The translations under genes and the position numbers were made by a program. The notes beneath the pieces are model-generated. The model did not search any database. It saw nothing but the letters and a program-made list of their open reading frames with translations, and had not been told where the DNA came from. Positions 8,144 to 17,873 of a stretch of DNA of 32,000 nucleotides are shown here, piece after piece. How positions within the stretch are numbered: position 1 is the first letter of the stretch; every line of letters starts with the position of its first letter. This DNA comes from an uncultured archaeon (lineage in GTDB: Archaea; Iainarchaeota; Iainarchaeia; Iainarchaeales; Iainarchaeaceae): the NCBI GenBank assembly GCA_964577555.1, contig CAZNZM010000008.1, positions 1-32,000 on the forward strand. Reading direction: 5' to 3'.

Positions 8144-8190
8144 AAATTTTTATTTTTTTTTAATTTGTTTTTTTTGCCGTCTGTTGTTTT

Positions 8191-10386
8191 TTATTCAAGG
8201 AAGTAGCTTGCCGGTTTGATTTCAGCATCCATGCCTTTTCTTTTTCTTATTTCAGCAATAGTGTTTTTTTGCAATTCTCTTGGTAGGACTTCATAGCCTG
8301 CGTATTCTGCAGTCCATAGAACCCTGCCTTGGGTTGCACCCCTGATGCTTGCTGAAAAACCTATCAGTTCTTTTACCGGCGCTTTTCCGATTATTACGCT
8401 GCTATCCCCTTCTTGTCTCATTTCAATGATTTGGGTTCTTCTTGCTCCAAGTTCTTTTGAAACCGCTCCAAGGAAGTTTTCAGGCGCGGTTATTGTCAAT
8501 AATTGCTTTGGTTCAAGGAGTACAGGGTCTGCTGAAAGCATGCATGCATAAATTCCTTTTGTTACTGTTGGCAACATTTGTGCAGGACCCCGGTGTATTG
8601 CATCTTCGTGCAAAAGAGCATCTTCAAGTATAACCATTACCCCTTGGCATTTCTCTTTTGCAAGAGGTCCTTGGTCCATTGCATCCATGAATCCTTGTAT
8701 TACCAACTCCCTTATTTCAAATAACGCTTCAATTCCTCTTGTAGCATCTACCAACACGTTGTTGTTATGCACTGCCCAAATTCTTTTTGATAGTTCGTTG
8801 TCAAAACCACATTCTTGGAACATTGCCCATTTTTCTTTGTCTTTCGGTTTTACTTTTCCATCAAAATGCGTTTTTACCAGTTTTTCAAAAATTTCTTTTT
8901 TGATTGGTTCGACTCTCATTTGAAGTTTGTTGTGTTTATTAGGGCTTTTGGATTCAAGTGTTGGCGAAGCTTTGTTTATTGTTTCATGATATACTACTAT
9001 TGGTGGCGAGACTGTAACAGGTATGTTGTGCCCTTTTTCAATTCTGTATTGGTTGATTTCAAGGTGAAGTTCTCCCATTCCTGAAAGCAGGTGTTCTCCG
9101 GTTTCTTGGTTTATTGTTGCTTTCAAATTTGGGTCTTCTTTTGAAAGTTGCCTAAGCGTTTCAATGAGCCTTGGCAGGTCTTTAGTGTTTTTTGCTTCAA
9201 TTGAAACTGTTATTACTGGTTCAACTTCAGTCATGAAGCTTTCAAACGGTTTCATTTCAGGATCTGAAGAAATCGTTTCTCCAGCATAAACTTCTTTTAA
9301 TCCGACTATTGCGGCGATGTTTCCAGCAGGTATTTCGCTTACTTCTACAAAGTCCGGACCCATGAAAAGCCCTGCTTTTTGTATTTGTGCATCTTTTTGC
9401 AAACCTATGAGCCTTACTTTCATTCCCTTTGTTACTTTGCCAGAATAAACCCTGCCTGTTGCAATGTCCCCCGAGTGTTTGTCAACGCTTACATCAGTAA
9501 CCATCATTGAAAATACTCCATTTTCGGATGCTCCCACCATTGCCTTGCCGATTTCGCTTTCCATGTCGCCTTTCCATATTATTGGCATTCTGTATTGTTG
9601 AGCTTGCAATGGATTTGGAAGATGGTTTATAACCATTTCGAAAATGGCGTCAGACAACTTAGTTTTTTTTGAAAGTTCTTTTTGTTTGTCTTCTTTTAAG
9701 TATTTGAAAACATCGGCAAAAGTGATTCCATTCACATCCATTCTTGGCTTGGATATTGCCCATTTATTATATGCGCTTCCAAAGGTTACTGAACCATTTT
9801 GTACTTTCACTGTCCATTCGTCGGCAAATTTTTCAGGAGCATTTTTCTTTATGAGTGAATTGACTTGGATTATGACTTTGATAAACCTTTCCTGCATTTG
9901 CTTTTCGTCAAGTTGAAGTTCGTTGATTAGCCTGTCAACTTTGTTTATGAAAAGCACGGGCTTTACATACTCTCTCAGAGCTTGCCTGATCACGGTTTCA
10001 GTTTGCGGCATTACTCCTTCAACAGCATCTACAACAAGAATGACTCCGTCAACAGCTCTCATTGCCCTAATGACTTCCCCGCCAAAGTCAACATGGCCCG
10101 GAGTGTCAATCAGATTTACCAAATAGTCTTCGTTTTTGTAATTATGCAAAAGCGAAATATTTGCTGCGTTTATTGTTATTCCTCTTGCCTGCTCTTGGTC
10201 TTCAAAATCCATTACTCTTTGTTGTCCAGCCAATTCTTCGCTCATCAGCCCTGAAGCCGCTATAAGCGAATCCGCAAGAGTTGATTTTCCGTGATCAATG
10301 TGTGCCACTATTCCCATGTTTCTGATGTTTTTTCTGTTATTCATTAGGTTTGCGGCAAGTTTTACAATGTCCTCTTTTTTAGCCAT
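8191..10386 (-). CDS. fusA: Translation elongation factor aEF-2
   Basis: AHIDHGKST, DTPGHVDF and NKVD GTPase motifs, with full-length EF-2 architecture (731 aa). It lies downstream of rps7. Confidence 0.97.
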   Translation of the reverse strand: MAKKEDIVKLAANLMNNRKNIRNMGIVAHIDHGKSTLADSLIAASGLMSEELAGQQRVMDFEDQEQARGITINAANISLLHNYKNEDYLVNLIDTPGHVDFGGEVIRAMRAVDGVILVVDAVEGVMPQTETVIRQALREYVKPVLFINKVDRLINELQLDEKQMQERFIKVIIQVNSLIKKNAPEKFADEWTVKVQNGSVTFGSAYNKWAISKPRMDVNGITFADVFKYLKEDKQKELSKKTKLSDAIFEMVINHLPNPLQAQQYRMPIIWKGDMESEIGKAMVGASENGVFSMMVTDVSVDKHSGDIATGRVYSGKVTKGMKVRLIGLQKDAQIQKAGLFMGPDFVEVSEIPAGNIAAIVGLKEVYAGETISSDPEMKPFESFMTEVEPVITVSIEAKNTKDLPRLIETLRQLSKEDPNLKATINQETGEHLLSGMGELHLEINQYRIEKGHNIPVTVSPPIVVYHETINKASPTLESKSPNKHNKLQMRVEPIKKEIFEKLVKTHFDGKVKPKDKEKWAMFQECGFDNELSKRIWAVHNNNVLVDATRGIEALFEIRELVIQGFMDAMDQGPLAKEKCQGVMVILEDALLHEDAIHRGPAQMLPTVTKGIYACMLSADPVLLEPKQLLTITAPENFLGAVSKELGARRTQIIEMRQEGDSSVIIGKAPVKELIGFSASIRGATQGRVLWTAEYAGYEVLPRELQKNTIAEIRKRKGMDAEIKPASYFLE

Positions 10387-10403
10387 ATAAAATCACAATT
10401 TTT

Positions 10404-11024
10404 TTATCTTGAAGCTTTGGCAATTCTTTCAACTTCGTCGCGTCTCCTCACGCTGTAGCTTGTATTGTCCTCTACTGAAGCCGCAATAAGCTCTTTTGCA
10501 AGCGCTTCCGCAGCCGAAGTTTTGTTGTTGAACGAGCCTTGGAATGCTGCAAGTGCTATGTTTTTTAGAGCTTCATCAACTTTCTTTAATGGTGCTACAT
10601 CCACAGAAACAGTATAATATACTCCGCCTCTTTGTATTCTTGTAGTGTCTTCCCTTGGCCCAGCATTTTGAATTGCATCAATCAAAACCTGAATAGGGTT
10701 TTTTCCAGTTCTTTTTTCCACAAGGTCAAAGGCTTCTTCCACAATATGCATTGCTTGGATTTTTTTTCCGCATGAACCCCTGCCTCTTATAAATTTTCCA
10801 GACAATTTTCTTTTTCCTTGGCCAGTTCTCATTATTTTGTTGATGAGCCTCTCAACTACGCTCAATTTTCCTTTTTCAAACCTTTTTCTTGTTTTTTTTC
10901 CAAAAGTATGCGGTATTTTTTTGCTTTCAACGCTTACGTATTTTTGAAGACTTGAATCTTTTATCACCACTTCGGCGGGATCCCATTTTCCAAAAACTAA
11001 TGCAGTGGTTGGTTTTTCAGACAT
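10404..11024 (-). CDS. rps7: 30S ribosomal protein S7 (uS7)
   Basis: Typical uS7 core (...VERLINKIMRTGQGKRKLSGKF...QVLIDAIQNAGPREDTTRIQRGG...). ATG 11024 (MSEKPTT...) is preferred: GAGGT (11031-11035) lies 6 nt upstream, and the longer track ORF would overlap rps12. Confidence 0.95.
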   Translation of the reverse strand: MSEKPTTALVFGKWDPAEVVIKDSSLQKYVSVESKKIPHTFGKKTRKRFEKGKLSVVERLINKIMRTGQGKRKLSGKFIRGRGSCGKKIQAMHIVEEAFDLVEKRTGKNPIQVLIDAIQNAGPREDTTRIQRGGVYYTVSVDVAPLKKVDEALKNIALAAFQGSFNNKTSAAEALAKELIAASVEDNTSYSVRRRDEVERIAKASR

Positions 11025-11028
11025 TTGA

Positions 11029-11460
11029 TTACCTCTTGACTTTCTCTTTCTTTCCAGTGCGGAGCTGTTGCAAGGCAACTCCATTAACATGCGTTACCCT
11101 GTATTTTACCCCCCAAAGATCTCCTTTAGGGCCTCCTTGTGCTCCGCCTATTCCTTCAACAATTACTTCGTCGTGTTCTTCAATGAAAGTGATTGCCTTG
11201 TCTTTAGGAGCCAATGCAGTTAATTGTCTTCCGTTTTTTATGAGTTGAACCCTTACACATTTTCTTATTCCGGAATTAGGTTGTTTTGCTTCAACCCCGC
11301 GTTTTTCAATAACAATGCCTCTTGCCTGTGGCGCGCCTTCAATAAGTTCCTTCTTATATTTACCCATGCGCTTCTTCATTTTTTTGACATACCTTTCGTC
11401 TTTTTTATTCCATTTTTTTCTTTTCTTTTCAAGACTTCTTGCAGAAAATTCTCCTGCCAT
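11029..11460 (-). CDS. rps12: 30S ribosomal protein S12 (uS12)
   Basis: [27 protein letters not shown]... is a hallmark uS12 sequence. GGTGA (11465-11469) lies 4 nt upstream of the ATG. Confidence 0.97.
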   Translation of the reverse strand: MAGEFSARSLEKKRKKWNKKDERYVKKMKKRMGKYKKELIEGAPQARGIVIEKRGVEAKQPNSGIRKCVRVQLIKNGRQLTALAPKDKAITFIEEHDEVIVEGIGGAQGGPKGDLWGVKYRVTHVNGVALQQLRTGKKEKVKR

Positions 11461-11464
11461 TCTT

Positions 11465-11866
11465 TCACCTTATTCTAACTTCATCAATCCCGTAATTTCT
11501 TTTTGCCAATTCCTTAACTTTTTTCAATCTATTAAAATTCCTAAGTATGATTTTTTTTCCTTCGGCATCCGTTTTCACGAATGCTACTTTTTTTTCATTT
11601 ATTTTTTTTATTTCCACTTTTTCAATTTTTGACCTGAAAAACGCTTTTTTAAGGAAATCCTCCGGTTTTTCAACATATTCAAAAAGCTCAACTTTTTTAT
11701 TTATTTTTTTGATGTGTTTTTCTACAGTCGATCCGTTTTTTCCTATTGCTTTCTTCATGTATTTTTCAGGTATGAGAAAAACAACGCCATCTTTGCTTAT
11801 GACGCAGTCTTTCGCAGTAACTCTTGCAATATTGTCAAGAGTATTAATCATTTGTATTTGTTCCAT
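11465..11866 (-). CDS. nusA: Archaeal NusA-like protein (two KH domains)
   Basis: It has a GKNGSTV (GxxG) KH signature, a size of about 133 aa, and the conserved position between rpl30e and rps12. The track start at 11878 is a GTG; ATG 11866 (MEQIQM) is preferred. Confidence 0.9.
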   Translation of the reverse strand: MEQIQMINTLDNIARVTAKDCVISKDGVVFLIPEKYMKKAIGKNGSTVEKHIKKINKKVELFEYVEKPEDFLKKAFFRSKIEKVEIKKINEKKVAFVKTDAEGKKIILRNFNRLKKVKELAKRNYGIDEVRIR

Positions 11867-11882
11867 CCCGAGTTCCACGAAA

Positions 11883-12188
11883 TCACTTCTTTATTGAGTC
11901 AAGAACTTTTGAATTTCCTTGGTCCTCAATCACCATTGCATTTATTGTAAAAGGTTTTCCGCAGACATTGCCAAGTTCTATTGCCGTGCCTGAAAATGGC
12001 AATACTGGCGTATTGGCTGTTTCCGCAAACAAAACCAGCTTTTCTTTTGCCAGTTTCGGGATGTTACCTGCAATTATCAATAACTTTGCATTACCTTTTT
12101 TAAGACTTTTCTCTGAGCCTTTTGTTCCGAAAACCACTTTGCCAGTATCAACTGCGCGCCTTATTTCCTTTGTTATATCAATTGCCAT
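11883..12188 (-). CDS. rpl30e: 50S ribosomal protein L30e (eL30)
   Basis: VVFGTKGSEKSLKKGNAKLLIIAGNIP...ELGNVCGKPF is typical of the L30e/L7Ae fold, and the gene sits in the conserved position after rpoA''. Confidence 0.93.
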   Translation of the reverse strand: MAIDITKEIRRAVDTGKVVFGTKGSEKSLKKGNAKLLIIAGNIPKLAKEKLVLFAETANTPVLPFSGTAIELGNVCGKPFTINAMVIEDQGNSKVLDSIKK

Positions 12189-12202
12189 AAAAACGCCCTT
12201 TT

Positions 12203-13399
12203 TTATTTTTTCATTACCAGGTTTACCCTTCCGGTTCCTACTTTTATTGGTTGTCCAACAATTATGTTTTCAACAACACCTTCAAGGTTTTCAAGTTCTC
12301 CTTTAAAGCTTGCGTCAAGCAAGTGTTTTACTGTTTCTTCAAACGCCGCTCTTGCAAATGGGCTTGACTTTTCTCTTGCAATTCCAGTTCTTACGATTCC
12401 TCTTATTTCACCATCCCAAGTCATGAGATCAGCCAAAAGCATTATGTGTCTTATGTCAACTGCTATGTTGTTTTCTTTTAAGACGTTGTGCAATTCGTTT
12501 ACAATTGCAATTCTGCCTGCTTCTATGCCAAGTACTTTGCTTATTTCCTTGATGTCGTTTGTGATTGTGCGCGAACCGTCAACCTCTGGAAGTTTGATGA
12601 TATTTTTGAGGTTGGTGCCTCTTGTTTTTATTACCGGCTCGTTTCCTTCTTTTGAAACAATTACCTTTTCTATTCCTCTTATTCCTTGTATCCTAAGGTT
12701 TTTCATTTTATTTATTGTTCTCCTTATTTTGAGCAATGGCTCGTTTTTGAAAGTGTATTCATAAATATTTTTGTCTTTTTTCTTTCCTTCCTTTTTCATT
12801 TGTTTGTTTATTTTGTCAAGCAGTTCTTCAGTATTTACGTTTCTTGATTCTATCGCTTCCTCGTCAAATATTACTGTTACTTTTTGCACTTCAAGGTTTT
12901 CTTTTACTTTAATTACGTCGTCAATTCTTACATCAATCAATGTTTTTGCAAACAAATCAAGTTTTTTCGGGTCTTTTTTCAATGTTTCATCTGCAATATA
13001 AATAGTCATTGTAGGGTATTTTGCCTTGCTTCTGCCGTCAACAATTTCTTCAACTCTTTGTATTCCAGAACCAACCGAAACTTCTGCAGCTCCAGCATAG
13101 TGCTTTGTTCTCAAAGTTAATTGGGTTCCTGGTTCGCCAAGGCTTTGTGCGGTGATTATTCCGACAGCTTCTCCGGGTTCCACTAAAATGTTTTCATAGT
13201 TTTTTATTATTTGTTCAATCAACTCTTTTTTTTCTTTCTCTTTAAGTTTCAATTCTTCTGAAGTGCTTTCAACTTCTTCAAGTATTTTTTTCGGGATGCT
13301 TTCTTCTTCAAAAAGCTCCCCTTCAGCGTAAATTCTCTTTATTTCTTCCTGTTTTTCTTCGGTTTTTTGCTGTTGTTTTTTTTCCTTTTTTTCCGCCAT
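12203..13399 (-). CDS. rpoA2: DNA-directed RNA polymerase subunit A''
   Basis: [33 protein letters not shown] and a C-terminal ...[13 protein letters not shown]... correspond to the conserved Rpb1 C-terminal third. The track start at 13408 is a TTG; ATG 13399 (MAEKKEKK) is preferred. Confidence 0.95.
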   Translation of the reverse strand: MAEKKEKKQQQKTEEKQEEIKRIYAEGELFEEESIPKKILEEVESTSEELKLKEKEKKELIEQIIKNYENILVEPGEAVGIITAQSLGEPGTQLTLRTKHYAGAAEVSVGSGIQRVEEIVDGRSKAKYPTMTIYIADETLKKDPKKLDLFAKTLIDVRIDDVIKVKENLEVQKVTVIFDEEAIESRNVNTEELLDKINKQMKKEGKKKDKNIYEYTFKNEPLLKIRRTINKMKNLRIQGIRGIEKVIVSKEGNEPVIKTRGTNLKNIIKLPEVDGSRTITNDIKEISKVLGIEAGRIAIVNELHNVLKENNIAVDIRHIMLLADLMTWDGEIRGIVRTGIAREKSSPFARAAFEETVKHLLDASFKGELENLEGVVENIIVGQPIKVGTGRVNLVMKK

Positions 13400-13412
13400 A
13401 AAAACCAATTCC

Positions 13413-16025
13413 TCATTTGCTTTTCAATTTTTCAATTTCCCTTTTGATTGAAATTCCTTTTCCTTTGAAAGTTTTTTCTGGGAATATTCCGTCTTCCCCG
13501 TATTTGAATTGCACTATGTTTTTGTTGGCTGTTCTAACAGTGCCATCATTGTTAACCACCAAATCTTTTAGGGAGTTTGCAAGCCTTCTGTAAAGATACC
13601 CTGAAACTTTTGTTGAAACGCCGGTGTCAACTTCTCCTTGCCTTCCACCCATTGCATGATAAAAGTGTTCGTAACTTGTCATTCCTTCCATAAAGTTATG
13701 TCCTATGAATCCGCCTGCATCAATTCCGACGTCTCCTCTTTTATTAAGTGCAATAAGCCTTTTCTTGAACCCTCTTTTTGGCCTTCCTTCCCTTACCGAT
13801 GCCTGGCCCCACATTCCGGAGAGGTTAGTAAGGTTTACAGTGCTTCCTCTTGAACCTGACAATATCATGATGCTTGAATTCAATTCAGGTTCTTCCGAAG
13901 CAACATTTTCTATAATTTCTTTAAGAATATGTTTTTGCACTTTGTCTTTTGCAGATGCGGCTAATCTCATCATTCCTATTTCAAAGCTTTCTTCAAGAGT
14001 CCTGCCTGGAATTATTTCAAGGTTGCCTTTTTGCATTTTTTTCACAAGCTCTTTTGCATTTTCTTTCATTTCACTAACCGCTTTTTCCCTTATACTAATA
14101 GTTTTAGGGCTAGGAGTGTATTCTTCAAGGCTGACGGTCATGCCTTTTATTGTTATTAGAGTTGTCACCACTTTTGAAACCCTGTCATAAAAATTTGTTA
14201 TTACTTCAAGCGGATAATCACGTACAAGCGCGTCAATCAGTTTTCCCTTTCCCTCGCCAAGGCTCATTGAATCAATGACTCCGCTTTTAAGCACACCGTT
14301 TTCAATTTTGACTATTAAATCGTTTTTATACGGTTCTTTTAGCAAAGGGTGGTTTTCATCAAGGTTTTCTATGTGAGAGTACATTCTTGTTTTGTATTCC
14401 ATGTTCAAGTCTTTTGGCAAAAGTTGTGAGAAAATAAGTTTTCCTGTGTATCTTCCTTTTGGCGCGTCCGGTTCAGGCGGATCTGTTATTCCTAAAACTT
14501 GGAAAAACCTGAAAGCTTCTTCCCTGTCAAAAGTGGTTTGTTTCATTGTAAGTATAAAGCAACCTGACACTCCATCTTCATCAAATATTATGACTGGCGC
14601 TCCGTGTCTTGGGGAAATTATTTGTTTATTGATCAGCATTAGTTCCGATGCTTCGGCTATTCCTTCAGGAGTTTGAGGAACATGCATGTTCATTTCGTCT
14701 CCGTCAAAGTCTGCATTGTATGGCTTGCACACAATAGGATTCATCCTGAATGTTTTGCCTTTCATCACTTTGACTTTGTGAGCCATCATTGACAATCTGT
14801 GCAAGCTTGGCTGTCTGTTGAAAAGCACGATGTCTCCGTCTTTCAGTTTTCTTTCAACTTTCCAACCAGGCGCAAGTTCTGAAATAATCGATTCCATGTT
14901 TATATCCACTACTTTTTTTCTCATTCCATCAGGCCTGACAACGTATATTGCCTTGCCCTTTTTTACGAGTGCTTTGAGTTCTTCAATATTTTGTGCAGTA
15001 ACAATTTCAGGCACTGTCATGTTTTCTGCAACTTCTTCTGGCACACCAAGTTCTGTAATTGAAATGTTCGGGTCTGGCGTTATTATTGACCTTGCCGCAA
15101 AATTGACTCTTTTTCCTGTCAGGTTATACCTGAATCTTCCTTTTTTTCCTTGCAACCTTTGTACAAGCGTTCTCAAAGCCCTACCGCTTCTGTGTTTTGC
15201 CGGAGGAACCCCCGCAGTGTTGTTGTTGAAATAGGTTGTTACATGGTATTGCAACAAATCCCAAAGATCTTCAATTATTAATTGCGGCGCCCCCGCGTCA
15301 ATGTTGTCTTTTAACCTTAAATTAATCCTAATGATATCCACGAGTTTGTGTGTCAAATCGTCTTCGCTTTTTATTCCTGATTCAAGCGTAATGCTTGGCC
15401 TTATGTTGATTGGAGGAACTTGCAAAACCGTCAGCACAAACCATTCAGGCCTTAACTTGCCTTTTTCATACCCAAAAAATTCAAGGTCCTTGTCCGGAAT
15501 TTTTTCCACCCACTCCCTGATTTGAGTAGGATAAATTCTGTCTTTGTCAATGTAAAAATTGGTCGGCTTGTCAAGAGTAACCAGTTTTCTTTCTTTACCG
15601 CAATGCGGACACTTTTTTTGTTTTTTTGTCCTCAACAAAATCTTTTTTTCAATGTCAATTGAAGTATCGCCAATAAAAGGTGCTAATTGTTCGAGTTTGT
15701 CGTCAGGCATTGCTATTCTGCCGCATGATTCGCACGTAGCCTGCATCAATATCTCAAGTTTTTTTCCGAATTCCGAATGACATACAGGCCTTACAAGTTC
15801 AATGTGTCCGAAATGTCCGGGGCATTTTTTCATAGTGTTGCCGCAGGTTTTGCACCTCAATCCGGGGTTTATTACTCCCAAATGATTGTCCATTAAACCG
15901 CCTTCCATTGGAAAGCCATCCTTGTCATAAGTTTCCGGGCTTTTGATTTCAATGGCTGACATTTTTCTAATCATTTCAGGAGAAAGTATTCTGAATTCAA
16001 TTGCCTTTATTCTTTTTGTCAACAT
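13413..16025 (-). CDS. rpoA1: DNA-directed RNA polymerase subunit A'
   Basis: It has the zinc motifs ([17 protein letters not shown]), the catalytic [10 protein letters not shown] loop, and a length of 870 aa. GGTG (16032-16035) lies 6 nt upstream of the ATG. Confidence 0.97.
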   Translation of the reverse strand: MLTKRIKAIEFRILSPEMIRKMSAIEIKSPETYDKDGFPMEGGLMDNHLGVINPGLRCKTCGNTMKKCPGHFGHIELVRPVCHSEFGKKLEILMQATCESCGRIAMPDDKLEQLAPFIGDTSIDIEKKILLRTKKQKKCPHCGKERKLVTLDKPTNFYIDKDRIYPTQIREWVEKIPDKDLEFFGYEKGKLRPEWFVLTVLQVPPINIRPSITLESGIKSEDDLTHKLVDIIRINLRLKDNIDAGAPQLIIEDLWDLLQYHVTTYFNNNTAGVPPAKHRSGRALRTLVQRLQGKKGRFRYNLTGKRVNFAARSIITPDPNISITELGVPEEVAENMTVPEIVTAQNIEELKALVKKGKAIYVVRPDGMRKKVVDINMESIISELAPGWKVERKLKDGDIVLFNRQPSLHRLSMMAHKVKVMKGKTFRMNPIVCKPYNADFDGDEMNMHVPQTPEGIAEASELMLINKQIISPRHGAPVIIFDEDGVSGCFILTMKQTTFDREEAFRFFQVLGITDPPEPDAPKGRYTGKLIFSQLLPKDLNMEYKTRMYSHIENLDENHPLLKEPYKNDLIVKIENGVLKSGVIDSMSLGEGKGKLIDALVRDYPLEVITNFYDRVSKVVTTLITIKGMTVSLEEYTPSPKTISIREKAVSEMKENAKELVKKMQKGNLEIIPGRTLEESFEIGMMRLAASAKDKVQKHILKEIIENVASEEPELNSSIMILSGSRGSTVNLTNLSGMWGQASVREGRPKRGFKKRLIALNKRGDVGIDAGGFIGHNFMEGMTSYEHFYHAMGGRQGEVDTGVSTKVSGYLYRRLANSLKDLVVNNDGTVRTANKNIVQFKYGEDGIFPEKTFKGKGISIKREIEKLKSK

Positions 16026-16028
16026 TTT

Positions 16029-17861
16029 TTACACCTTGTCCGACAGTATAAGCTTTGGATAAACGCCGAGAGCTTTAAGTTCATCAAGCAACAATTTAAA
16101 CCCATAACTCATTTCAACAGGATAAATCTTTGAATCGTTTGCTTCAAGTACCCTTTTTGTCTTTCTTATTTGATCTTCAAACCCTATTACTCCTGCTGTT
16201 TCCGAAACCCACATTATAACCTTGTCAGAATCATCAATGAATTTCTCTTGCAACAGCATTGCGGCTCCGTGTCCAACAAGTGTTTCGCCTTCCATTTCAC
16301 CAAACCTCAATCCGCCTTCTTTTTCCTTTCCTTCGGTTGGTTGCCTTGTAAGTATTTGCACAGGCCCTCTTGACCTTGATTGTATTTTGTGAGCAGTCAT
16401 GTGGAAGAGCCTTCTGTAAGCAACAATCCCAGTAAAAATTTCCCCTTCAATTCTCTTTCCTGTTGTGCCATCATAAAAAACCTCGCGGCCGTTTTTCTTC
16501 AACCCCGCATCCAAAAGAATTTTTTCAATTTGTTCTTTTGGCGTTCCATTGAATGGCGTGCCGTCTATTTGCATCGCCTTCATTGCAGCAGCTTTACCAC
16601 CAAGCATTTCAAGCAAGTGACCAATTGTCATTCTTGAAGGCACCGAGTGAGGATTAAGTATCAAATCTGGTTTTATGCCATCAGCAGTAAAAGGCATGTC
16701 TTCTTCAGGCACAATCAACCCAACTACCCCTTTTTGTCCATGCTCAGAACTGAACTTATCGCCAAGTTGCGGAATTCTCTCGCTTCTTATTTTTACTTTC
16801 ACCATTCTGTTTCCTGATTCGGCTTCGGTGACAAATACTTTATCCACAAAACCTTCCTTTCCCTTTCTTATAGTGACACTTGCTTCCCTTCTTTTCTCCT
16901 GAACCACGCCAAACTCGTTTATTTCTTCCAAAAATCTTGGAGGGCTTGTCTTGCCTATAATAACATTGTTCTCGCCAACCCAAGATTCAAGGTGTATAAG
17001 ACCATCCTCGCCAAGGTTCTTGTATGCATCTTCACCCAAATGCCCGACAGTATCAATTGGCGGTATTTCAAATCTGTCTATTTGCCCGCCAGGATACCTG
17101 TTTTCCGAGCTTTCATAAGTCCTAAAATAACTGCTTCTTCCAAGCCCCCTGTCAACAGCACCCTTGTTCAACACCACAGCATCCAAAATATTGTAACCAT
17201 AATAAGGCATTATAGCGACTACAAAATTTTGATTTATCGGCCTTTTATTCAAACCAAGCAAATCCATTGTCTTGGTTTTAACAAGGGATTTTTGTGGATA
17301 ATAAAGCAAAAAACCTTCAGTGTCTGTTCTCAAATTGAAATTTGCCGCTCCAAATCCTTGGGCCTGCTTGAACATTTTGGCTCCATGCAATGATTTTCCA
17401 GCCATGTTATGTTCCACATAAGGTATCATTGAAGTTATGATGCTCAATATTGCCGCGCCGTTTATTTCACAATGAGTATGCTCTTTGGTTATATCAGCAG
17501 GAGTAGCAGCTATTAATGCATTTTCCTCTTCTTCAGCGTCAAGATATTCTATAAACCCGTTTTCAACAAGGTTCTGCCAAGTCATTTTGCCTTCTTTTAC
17601 TTTATTTATTTCCTCTTGAGTAATCTTTAGTTTTCCGTTTTCAACAACAAGCAACGGCCTTTGCACTCTGCCTGCATCAGTGTTAATGTAAACTTCATTA
17701 GTGTCATCATGATAAGCTACATTAATTTGTTGTGAAAGCTTGTTCTCCCTCCTCCTTTCAATAATCGCTTTTACGAGTTTAAGAGGGTCATGATGAAAAC
17801 CTATAAGCCTTCCATTTATGTAAACTTTTGCGCTTTTTGCTTCAGAAACCATTGTCATCAC
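16029..17861 (-). CDS. rpoB1: DNA-directed RNA polymerase subunit B' (C-terminal half of split RpoB)
   Basis: The conserved Rpb2 C-terminal motifs are present (GDKFSSEHGQKG, RFGEMEGETLVGHGAA). Confidence 0.97.
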   Translation of the reverse strand: MMTMVSEAKSAKVYINGRLIGFHHDPLKLVKAIIERRRENKLSQQINVAYHDDTNEVYINTDAGRVQRPLLVVENGKLKITQEEINKVKEGKMTWQNLVENGFIEYLDAEEEENALIAATPADITKEHTHCEINGAAILSIITSMIPYVEHNMAGKSLHGAKMFKQAQGFGAANFNLRTDTEGFLLYYPQKSLVKTKTMDLLGLNKRPINQNFVVAIMPYYGYNILDAVVLNKGAVDRGLGRSSYFRTYESSENRYPGGQIDRFEIPPIDTVGHLGEDAYKNLGEDGLIHLESWVGENNVIIGKTSPPRFLEEINEFGVVQEKRREASVTIRKGKEGFVDKVFVTEAESGNRMVKVKIRSERIPQLGDKFSSEHGQKGVVGLIVPEEDMPFTADGIKPDLILNPHSVPSRMTIGHLLEMLGGKAAAMKAMQIDGTPFNGTPKEQIEKILLDAGLKKNGREVFYDGTTGKRIEGEIFTGIVAYRRLFHMTAHKIQSRSRGPVQILTRQPTEGKEKEGGLRFGEMEGETLVGHGAAMLLQEKFIDDSDKVIMWVSETAGVIGFEDQIRKTKRVLEANDSKIYPVEMSYGFKLLLDELKALGVYPKLILSDKV

Positions 17862-17873
17862 TTTTCAATCCAA

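Larger units (their letters stand above)
7393..8190 (+). repeat. Strand-asymmetric oligo-T array (about 0.8 kb of non-coding low complexity)
   Basis: Dozens of T5-T10 runs on the + strand are separated by short G/C-containing words (gcgagcc, gagccg, agccaaa, gccaag, ggcttg). I found no A-run of 5 or more on the + strand. The array fills the whole gap between the aEF-2 stop (8191) and the next gene start (7360). Confidence 0.85.

Noticed and set aside
7393-8219. Phe/Leu-rich + strand ORFs (7393..7599, 7989..8219) and the Lys-rich minus ORF 7661..7846 (61 aa).
   Set aside because: They are translations of oligo-T/oligo-A tracts (TTT or AAA codons) with no complexity. The Lys-rich reading frame is not preserved in the other two repeat copies (19 and 6 codons). 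They are treated as non-coding.
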